A stretch of 64,000 nucleotides of DNA, taken from Selaginella moellendorffii. Its lineage: Eukaryota > Plantae > Lycopodiophyta. A program made the translations under genes and the position numbers. Shown here one piece after another: positions 55,268 to 64,000 of this stretch (its first letter is position 1; every line of letters starts with the position of its first letter). Where the stretch lies: NCBI RefSeq assembly GCF_000143415.4, contig NW_003314279.1, positions 1,935,679 to 1,999,678 on the forward strand. Reading direction: 5' to 3'. Below the pieces are notes generated by a model. The model saw nothing but the letters and a program-made list of their open reading frames with translations. It made no database searches and was not told the DNA's origin.

Positions 55268-55685
55268 TGTTTCTTTTTAACTTCAACTTTGCAACTTTGG
55301 TGCACTTTTCCTCGCGTAGCATTTGTATTCTAGGACAGTGCTTGCCGTCGTCATTGCGAGCTCAAAGGTAAGCAAGTGTAGTTGTTTTGTAATGCGATAA
55401 ATGGCATGGTTGGATGACAAGCAGGGGTTAAATGGCTAACGCGTCGTGAGCATTGCCACGAAACCAGAGGCGACTGTGTACGTTTTTCTGATTCGGCTAT
55501 GTCATGATGCTAACTCTTGCCTTCTTTGCAGCATTTTTTGAGACACATTGTTTGTGAGCGCATGCTTTAAGCGCAGGCAGCAGGCAGAAGAAATTATCTC
55601 TACACTCCTCCATATCCTGCCACACCGATAGGCCTTCATCATTGCGAGCTACATCTGTTCCAGACTGTTTGTGAGCTTAGGGTTC

Positions 55686-58289
55686 ATGGTAGATGACACG
55701 AACATGAGATACCAGCGATGGGAACTTGAGCATGACAAGCAGGATCGCATTCCAATGCCCAACACGTTTTTACCTCGAGCATCGCAAGACCGTAAGTATC
55801 TCTCCTTCCGCAGCTGTTCCGATGCAAACTCTTGCCGTGTTTTGCAGCTTTCTCTCGGTGCGTCACTGAGAACCACTGTAGCTCCGGAAACGCGGGTCTT
55901 TACCAGCGTCCCAGTTTTGCTCGCCGCCCTCAAAGCATGCAGCGTTTCCAGGGACCTCGAAACTGGCAGGCGAGTTCACCGGTTTTCTGGCCAAGTCGCG
56001 GACATTTACGTCTCCAACACTCTGATCGACATGTACGCGAGGTGCGGAAGCATGGTAGATGCTCGCAACATCTTCGACAGCATGGAGTCTCCGGACTTGG
56101 TGTCTTGGAACGCTCTGATCCGGGGCTATGCCACCAACGGGGAAGGAAGATTGGGTCTCGAGCTTTTCTCACGCATGACTTGCGAACCGGACGCTCGCAG
56201 CTTTGTGGCAGCGCTCATGGCCTGCTCGAGCCAGACAGCCAAGGAGAATGGTGGCAGGCGAGATAACACGGAGAAGACGCTTCGGTGCTTGCAAGAAGGA
56301 AGAGAGATCCACGCTCGAGCTCGAAAGGCCGGTTCGGCATCCAACGTTTTCGTGGCCAGCGCTCTCGTCGATATGTACGCGAAGTGTGGGAGCGTCACCG
56401 AGGCCCGGCTGGTTTTCGATGGCCTGAAAGACCGGAACGTTGTCTCGTGGACGTCTTTGATGCTGGGATACGTGGACAACGGCGAGCCCGAGCAGGCTCT
56501 GGATTTGTTTCAACGCATGCAGCACCACTGCTCCGGGTGTCCGCCAAACTCTCGGACTTTCGTCGCGGCTCTCATGGCCTGTGCCAGCCTTGGAGCAAAG
56601 TCGGACATAAGAGAGCTCAAGCTGGAGTGGCTCAACCAGGGAGCTTTGATTCACAGTCAGGCGGTGAAGCACGGGTTTGGATCGGACGTGTTCGTGGCGA
56701 GCTCGCTGGTGGACATGTACTCCAAGTGCGGGGGACTCTCCAGTGCCATCGACGTCTTCGAGAGCACTCAGCACCGAGACGTGATTCTCTGGAACGCGAT
56801 GATACAGGGATATGTGGAGGCTGGGGACGATGAGTCGGCTCTAGAGCTGTTTAGCAGGATGGACACTAGCACGGGAGGGTGCAAGCCGGACGCTCGAACT
56901 TACGTTGCCGTTTTGATGGCATGCTCGAGCTTGGGAGCCGAGGAGGAAGCGGATGGAAAGCTTGTCAAGTCCAGGAGCTTGAGCCGGGGTGTGGCTCTTC
57001 ACCGTCAGGCTTGCAAGTATGCGTTTGAGTCGGACAAGTTTGTGGCGAGCAGCTTGGTCGACATGTACACGACTTGTGGGAGCCTGGCTGACGCTCGAGC
57101 AGTCTTTGACAAGATCTTACATCCGGACGTGGTGCTGTGGAACGCGTTGATGCTGGGCTATGTGCAAAACGGAGCGAGCGAGGAGGCTCTACGCCTGTTC
57201 TCTCGCTTGCAAGGACCTGACCCGAGAAGCTACGTCGCCGCTTTCATGGCCTGCGCGAGCTTGGCGGAGAAGGAAGAAGGCCAGGAGGTGAGAGAAGAGT
57301 TTGTGAAGCTGAGACAGCTTGAGCAAGGCATGGCGATTCACGCCCAGGCCCGAGAAAGAGGATGTGATACCGATATGTTCGTGGCAAGCAGCCTGGTGGA
57401 GATGTACTCCAAGTGTGGAAGTTTGGGTGACGCTCGGCTGGTTTTCGATAGAATGAAGCATCACGACGTGGTACTTTGGACGGCACTCGTCTCGGGATAC
57501 GCGGAGAACGGTGACGTCGAGATCGCTCTAGAGCTCGTCGAACTAATCCAGTCCCGGGGCTGCGAGCCAAACTCTCGGACTTTCATCGCTGCACTGGTCG
57601 CTTGCGGCAGCGTGCCATCGCTAGAAGCTGGCAAAGAGCTCCACGCAAGGATTTGCAGGCTGGGACTGGAAGCCGGGACGTACGTAGCAAGCTCTCTCGT
57701 GGATCTCTACGGCAAGTGCGCTCGCCTCGACGATGCTGAGCGCGTCTTTGAGTCACTGGCGAGGAGGATGCTCGTGGTGACTTGGAGCTCGCTCATGGCG
57801 AGCTACAGCCGGCAGGGAGACACGGACAAAGTGCTGGAGCTGTTTGAGAGGATGCTCGACGAAGGCTTGCGAGGTGATCGTATCACTTTCGTTTTGATTC
57901 TTACGTCGTGTAGCCATGCTGGCCTGGTTGACACAGGGAAGCGCTACTTTGAGGACATGAAGCAAAAGTATGGTGTCGAGCCGGACTTGGAACACTACCA
58001 CTGCGTGGTCGATTTGCTGGCGCGAGCAAACCATCTGGACGAGGCACTGGAGTTTGTCAAGGGAATGCCGGTGGAGGCCAACCTCGTGACTTGGAAGACA
58101 GTGCTGGCCGGGTGTAAGAAGTGGAACAACTTGGAGATTGGACGCGCTGCTTTCCAGAGCGCTGTGGACTTGGATCCCAGGCACGAAGCGAGCTACGTCT
58201 TGATGGCCAACTTGTATGGGAGCTTGGGAATGTGGGAGGAGCAACTCAGGACGCTGGAGCTTAAGGAAGCCACCAAAGTGATCAAGTAA
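55686..58289 (+). CDS. PLS-class PPR protein ending in E domain (no DYW); start uncertain
   Basis: Long uninterrupted ORF with PLS triplets; LTSCSHAGLV, HYHCVVDLLARA, WKTVLAGCKK, SYVLMANLY. Confidence 0.93.
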   Translation: MVDDTNMRYQRWELEHDKQDRIPMPNTFLPRASQDRKYLSFRSCSDANSCRVLQLSLGASLRTTVAPETRVFTSVPVLLAALKACSVSRDLETGRRVHRFSGQVADIYVSNTLIDMYARCGSMVDARNIFDSMESPDLVSWNALIRGYATNGEGRLGLELFSRMTCEPDARSFVAALMACSSQTAKENGGRRDNTEKTLRCLQEGREIHARARKAGSASNVFVASALVDMYAKCGSVTEARLVFDGLKDRNVVSWTSLMLGYVDNGEPEQALDLFQRMQHHCSGCPPNSRTFVAALMACASLGAKSDIRELKLEWLNQGALIHSQAVKHGFGSDVFVASSLVDMYSKCGGLSSAIDVFESTQHRDVILWNAMIQGYVEAGDDESALELFSRMDTSTGGCKPDARTYVAVLMACSSLGAEEEADGKLVKSRSLSRGVALHRQACKYAFESDKFVASSLVDMYTTCGSLADARAVFDKILHPDVVLWNALMLGYVQNGASEEALRLFSRLQGPDPRSYVAAFMACASLAEKEEGQEVREEFVKLRQLEQGMAIHAQARERGCDTDMFVASSLVEMYSKCGSLGDARLVFDRMKHHDVVLWTALVSGYAENGDVEIALELVELIQSRGCEPNSRTFIAALVACGSVPSLEAGKELHARICRLGLEAGTYVASSLVDLYGKCARLDDAERVFESLARRMLVVTWSSLMASYSRQGDTDKVLELFERMLDEGLRGDRITFVLILTSCSHAGLVDTGKRYFEDMKQKYGVEPDLEHYHCVVDLLARANHLDEALEFVKGMPVEANLVTWKTVLAGCKKWNNLEIGRAAFQSAVDLDPRHEASYVLMANLYGSLGMWEEQLRTLELKEATKVIK

Positions 58290-58590
58290 GCGAAAACTTC
58301 CGGTTGATTGATTTGTGACTGTTTCTTATGTTTCCAGGTCCAAAACGATCCCAGCAAGTCTCCAAGGTTGCATTTAGAATGGATCAAAGAACTTGCGTGG
58401 GAGCTCGGGAATGTGGGAGGAGCAACTTAGGACTCCAGAGCTCAAGGAAGACACCAAAGTGATCGAGTAAGTGATTACGTTCTTAAGAGATTCTAGCGCA
58501 GGTGCTGGAGTTTAAAATGAAAGCGATTGATCTGTGGATGTTTCCAGGTCCACGCCAGTCTCCAAGGTTGCCTCTAGAATGGACCAAAAA
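58218..58590 (+). repeat. Tandem duplication of the PPR 3' end and flank
   Basis: 58218-58291 is repeated at 58398-58471; 58328-58388 is repeated at ~58538-58588. Confidence 0.85.
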
Positions 58591-58770
58591 GAAAGGGACA
58601 GCTACTAGAAAGATACGATTCCTGTTATTTGCATGCCGACCGTCGGATGGGCTTCATCCGACGGCGTAGGATGCAGCATTTGGACGTACTACTAGACCGG
58701 ACGCCCGCTCTCTCAACGAGGTTTTTCCTTCTTCCAAGCCACGGCAAGCAAGAAGAGCGAGAGCGCAGCT

Positions 58771-59900
58771 ATGGAGTCGAGCGGCAGCGGCGAAGCTCAT
58801 CCATCTGGTCAGAGCTTTTCTCGCTCTATCTCTCTCCCTCTCTTCTTTCTTCGTTTCTACTTAAAGTTTATATTTTTGTTCGAGTGTATCTTCACAGGTT
58901 CTTACGAGGGAGACAGTCCTCCGCCGAGTTACATCCCCTCCAATCGGCAGCGGCAGCGTCGGAATCGCGAGCAGCTGCCCGGTTCGCAGGAAGCACTCCA
59001 AGCCGCGCAGGAGTACCAGCAACAGCTCCCAAGGAACAGTCGTAGCACTGTGAAAGTCTTAAATCAGTGCTGTGTGAGTGGCACATTCGTTATGGTAAGC
59101 ATGTTTTCCACGCTTACGATATCTTCACCACTTTCTTCGTTTTTCTTTTTCCGTAGACTCTTCCTTCGAACTACTGCAAGAAGATGATGCCGCGGGGGAG
59201 AGCCCCGGTCCTCGTCCGCGACAAGAGTGGCCACCAGTGGGTGATGAAATGGAACTGGACGATGCAGCCAGTGATTGGTGCCGGATGGAAAGCATTCTGC
59301 GTCCATCACGAACTCGTCAAGGGGGACGTGCTCGTCTTCCAAAAGGAGAACATCTCCTCCAAGACGATAACTTTCCACGTTGAGATCTTCAAGCGCCGCA
59401 AGTTCGCCAATGGCACAGTGATCATGAACAACGGGACCAACATGGCGCTGCCCCTGCCAAAGAAAGAAGAAGAGCTGGAGATCGAGATCGAAGAACTCGA
59501 TGGAGGAGCCACCGGAGAAGACGTCCACGACCACGACGTCCTCAAGCGCAATCCCGGCCGCCCCAAGAGGACGAGGAGGCCGCCGAGGAGAGAATGGATG
59601 GAGAACTCACCATCGTGCGACCAGGACGACGAGGAGAGAGGGACGGGAGGCGCAGAGGAGCAGCGCGAGCCAGTGGTGGCGCTGGTGTTCAAGAAGACGA
59701 GGTCGGCAGCCGAGTCCGAGGAGCTCGGGGTGACCGTAAAGATGCACGGGAGCAAGCTCGAGCGCATGACTAAGAGCCTGCTAGGCTCGCCCGGAGTGAT
59801 CGTGCAGGGCAGCTTCGATGGATCGCTCAAGGCTAAAGCATCCGAAGAAGAGCTGAGGAAGATCCTCCGCCTGGCATTTCCTCACTATGATGCCTTCTAG
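58771..59900 (+). CDS. B3 DNA-binding domain protein (REM-like), 3 exons
   Basis: MESSGSGEAHPS/GSYEGD..TVKVLNQCCVSGTFVM/TLPSNYCKKMMP..LVRDKSGHQWVMKW..IGAGWKAFCVHHELVKGDVLVF (B3 signature GW..F...H.L..GD.LVF). Confidence 0.88.
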
Positions 59901-60239
59901 TGGAAAACTGATAAGAACTGATGTCTTGAGATGTATTTTAACTTAGAAATGTATTTTCCTTTTACACAACAACTATTGGAGCAATCGATTTCACTGAACG
60001 AAGAAATCTTGGTTTTGGTGGTGGCAACTGTGATGGCGGGTCCTTGTCCTTGCTAGATTTGATTTTTGACTCTTTGGGACAACTTTTGGACGTGCTAGCC
60101 TCCACTGCATTGATCACAAACAAGCTCCCCATTGCACTACTTGCCGATGGATCCTAGGTTATATACAAACTGAAAAGGGTTGAGACAAAAGGGAGGCATA
60201 TATAGCTTTGACAACTTGTCGGTACGAATATTCTTTATT

Positions 60240-62480
60240 TTATTCTGGTTTAAGCTGTTTTGGGTTACTTATCCTTGTATGTCTTTCATTTATAAGAAAA
60301 ATTATAATAGTAATAACACAAAAGAGAAATAAAAATATATTATGATTTAATATTTGAGCTTTTATCCTCATTGAAGTGCCACATGCATTTGCATGGTTCC
60401 CTAGCTTGCTATATCACTCCAAAGGTTCTAGGCATTATAAAATGATAAAAAAAAAATCAATGCTAAAGTAAAGATAAATCTTTTGATTAATGATTAAAAA
60501 TATTAAGCACTAGGTACAAAAGTAAACGAATTGTTTGGGCCATGAGGTATAAAATCCTAAACTTCCCTTTTAACATTATAGGTATTAATATAAACTTACT
60601 TCAAGGATTATTAATATTAAAAATATTAGTTAGGATTTTAATAATTGACAACAAAAATAAATATAGTTTCAAACAAGAAATATATAAAAGAAATATTACT
60701 TACAATGCTTATAAAAATATAGCAACGAATATGTGATTTTGCATGGGAGATATATACGTGTGGATTTATTTTTTTATTTTGAGTTGCATGCAAAAATATT
60801 ATGCATACAATCACTTTTCAATTGCAATATAAGCAATTAAAATACCATTGTGTATATAATATTTTTGTCATAGGGTATGTTATATATGCATGGGGCATGA
60901 CAGCTCATACTACTATATAAGCATTATGCCACATCATCTTAGACAATATGATGTTACTACAATTTATTTTTTTCTCATTTCTATGAGTATAGATTTGAGA
61001 TGAGCTAATTGTGATAATTTCTCTCCTCTCATTTCTCACAGTTATAACTCATTTTTCATGGTTATGGTTCATTTCTCACAATTATAACTTATTTTTTGCA
61101 ATTGTGGCTCATTTCTCACAAGTTAAAGTTGTTGTACACCTTAATATAAACACTATGCTTCAATTTATTTATCACGCCTTTTATTTTTTATAGCTTGTTT
61201 GCAGCATGATGTTTTAACCTAGTACAACAGTAAGTGTGATCGATTGGAGTGTAGTGGCAAGTGTAATTAATTGGAGTATGGTAGTGAGTGCAATCGATTA
61301 AAGTGTGGTGGTGAGCTTGATCAATTGAAGTGCAGCAACAAATGTAATCAATTGAAGCACAATGGTAAGCTTGATCAATTGCAATACAGAAACAAAACAA
61401 TTTTTAAGTCTTCTCTAAAGTTTGTAGCCTTTTTTCCCTCACTATAACACCTACACTTAGGAAAGTTTAAGGTTTCAACACTAGTAGTTTCCTTAGAGGC
61501 CATTTGTTGTTAGAGCTCTAGTAGCCTTTTCTAACATTCACTTAGGTATAAATTTCTTCATTTGTTGCAAAACTATTAAATTACAAAGTATTTTTCATTA
61601 CTTTTATCAAAGAGAGTGCCTAAAGAATCTATAACATCTTAAATCTAGTTTGCACATTAAAAAAACATCACACCCAAAAACCTTAACTATTAACATATAA
61701 AACCAAAATCTAACATGAAGACAAAAAATTGTATATATGGTGTTAATTTGAATTTTGTTATGCATATACAGCAACCACCCATGTGTAAGGAAAAAGTTTT
61801 GCTTAAATATTATTTTGTGAGTCACACATGCATGTTACAACAATTTAAGCATACATGTGTTTTATTTTATGCTTTATTTCGTGAAAGTGGAACTTTTCAT
61901 TATCCCACTTATGGTGTGTGGCCACATGCCATTTTTATAACAACAATAAAAAATTTAAGTTTTAGCTTTATAATTTATAAATTAAAAACTTTTCATATGA
62001 TTTTGTGTTATAATATTGTGAAATATAAAAAATAAATTAAAAAACTGATAGAAATATTAATAAATATTAATTAAGTACTAGGAAATGGCATGTGGACACA
62101 TGCTAATTAATGTCCCACTTTACTGAATAAGTTCCACTTTAACGAAATAAAGCATTTTTTATATATTTCGCAAACATGCAAGATTTTTTACCATGTTGTC
62201 TACACTAGATATCTCTTGGGAGGTGTACCTCCCTCCAAAATACTTCAGAATTTAATAGTGTAAATACAATAAATAAAAATATATTAAAACTTAAACATGA
62301 TAATTTAAATATTTTAAACTAAAATTTAGAAATAATATAGTAAATTTTTATTAAATCATTTATTTCATCTTCTCTTCTAATAAAAAGTATGCTTTAAATT
62401 TTTATAAATGCTTAGATAATAATTAGTATTTATACATTATTTCTAAATTTTAAATCAGGTGGCAAATAGATCATTTTAAA
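60240..62480. mobile_element. AT-rich non-autonomous element with internal short tandem repeats, between the B3 genes
   Basis: Homology to 39040-39270, 40415-40500 and 41830-42055. Internal CTCATTTCTCACA-type repeats at 60975-61125 and ~27-bp repeats at 61225-61385. Boundaries approximate. Confidence 0.6.
61871..62153. mobile_element. MITE-like insertion with ~65-bp terminal inverted repeats
   Basis: GCTTTATTTCGTGAAAGTGGAACTT..CCACATGCCATTT (61871-61935) is inverted at 62082-62153. The homologous element at 41880-41930 lacks this block (empty site). Confidence 0.75.
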
Positions 62481-62504
62481 GTTTTGATCAAATTTTCATC
62501 CACT

Positions 62505-63708
62505 CTAGAAGGGAGTGGCATCGTAGAGAGGAAATGCCAGGTTGAGGATCTTCCTCAGCTCCTCCTTGGACACTTTAGCCTTGAGCGATCCAGCGGAGCT
62601 CCCCTCCACGATTGATCCGGGCGAGCCCAGCACGCTCCTACACATGCGCTGGAGCTTGCTCCCCTGCATCTTGAAGCTCATCCCAAGCTCCTCGGACTCG
62701 GCTGCCGACCTCGTCTTTTTGAGCACCAGCGCCACCACTGGCTCGTGGCGCTGCTGCTGCCGCTCCTCCGCCGCCTCTTCTCCGCCTCCCATCCCTTCTG
62801 CCACTCCCTCCTCCTCCTCGCCCGCCACCTCCTGGTTGCACGAGTGTGAGTTCTCCACCCATTCTCCCCTCAGGAGCCCCCTCGTCCTCTTGGGATTGCG
62901 CTCGAGGACGTCGTAGTCGTGGACGTCTCCTCCGTTAGCTACTCCGCCGAGTTCTTCGATCTCGATCTCCAGCGCGTCTGGTTCTTTCTTTGGCGGGAGC
63001 AACACTATGTTGGCGGCGTTGGCGCGATCACTGGATTTGACCAGCTTGCGGCGCTTGAATATCTCGACGCGGAACGTGATCATCTCGGAGGAGTTCTCCT
63101 TTTGGAAGACGAGGACGTCTCCCTTGACGAGTTCGTGATGGACGCAGAAGGCTTTCCACCCGGCACCAATCACTGGCTGCACCGTCCAGTTCCATCTCAT
63201 CCTCCATTGGTGACCACTCCGGTCGCGGACGATCACCTCGGCTCTCCCGTGCGGCATCATCTTCTTGCAGTAGTTCGAAGGAAGAGTCTGCAGAAAAAAA
63301 ATAAAGAAGAAAAGAAAAACGATTAGCAAGTTCTTTGTGAAGATATCGAAGGGAAAAAAGACAAGGATAGCGAAACATAAACCTCGAGCTTGTTCTTCGC
63401 TTACCATAACGTATGTGCCGCTCACACAGCACTGGTTCAAGACTTTAATGGTGCTGCGACTCTTCTTTGCAAGATGTTGCTGGTACTCCTGCGCGGCTTG
63501 GAGCGCTTCGTGCGAACCTGGCAGCTCCTCGCGATTCCGCCGCTGCCGCTGCTGATTGGAGGGGATGTAACTCGACAGAGGACTGTCTTCCTCGTAAGAA
63601 CCTGCGAAGATACGCTCGAACAAATATAAGAAACGAAGTGATGAGAGAAAAAGAGCGAGAAGGAAAGCTCTGACCAGATGGATAAGCTTCGCCGCCGCTC
63701 GACTCCAT
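62505..63708 (-). CDS. B3 DNA-binding domain protein, inverted paralogue of 58771-59900
   Basis: MESSGGEAYPS/GSYEED..STIKVLNQCCVSGTYVM/TLPSNYCKKMMPHGR..IGAGWKAFCVHHELVKGDVLVFQKE..LNLAFPLYDATPF*; same exon structure. Confidence 0.88.
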
Positions 63709-64000
63709 AGCTGCGCTCTCGCTCTTCTTCTTGCTTGCTGAAGGAAAAACCTCGCTGAGAGAGCGTCCGGTCTACTAGTACGTCCTAATGATGAATGATC
63801 CTGCGCCGTCGGATTTGCTCCATCCGACGGCCAGCATTCACGTACGAAAATGCTCGTATCTTTCCAGTAGCCGTCGCTTTCCGTTTCGTGATCTTTGCTC
63901 CATTTTAGAGGCAACCTTGGAGACTTGCTTGGATGGCTTTGCACATGGAAATATACCAAAAAAAAATTAAAAAAATCCATAGTATCAATCAAAACTTCAG

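Noticed and set aside
62505-63992. 495-aa single ORF as the B3 protein
   Set aside because: It reads through in-frame intron and upstream sequence; comparison with the paralogue supports ATG 63708 and three exons.

Overview
Eukaryotic land-plant genomic DNA, very probably a lycophyte (Selaginella-type). This is an inference from the tiny GT-AG introns (mostly ~45-80 bp), very short intergenic spaces, intronless PLS-class PPR genes and the flagellar gene IFT80. 1-9.5 kb is AT-rich, gene-free DNA containing a 2.4-kb GC-rich tandem array of 96/88/43-bp units built from inverted repeats. 10.3-38.3 kb is gene-dense: a CER2-like-looking BAHD acyltransferase, PIMT, two convergent full-size ABCG/PDR transporters enclosing a neprosin pseudogene and a fasciclin-extensin chimera, then ALG10, Rab escort protein, VPS2 and BiP. 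38.4-47.7 kb is a rearranged duplicate of the 29-38.8 kb block with reciprocal pseudogenisation. It includes an assembly gap, AT-rich non-autonomous elements (one enclosing a decayed PPR fragment), a ~200-bp foldback hairpin, and a Crinkler-type P-loop NTPase + restriction-endonuclease-like reading frame (second, truncated copy at 29.2-30.1 kb). 47.7-64 kb holds three PLS-E PPR genes with unusually extended L motifs, IFT80 and an inverted pair of B3-domain genes separated by a nested transposon. The most unusual items are the NTPase-REase locus with its inverted-repeat-bounded block of host-gene fragments, the TE-embedded PPR fragment, and the palindromic satellite. All calls are by eye, without database searches; exon boundaries are approximate.
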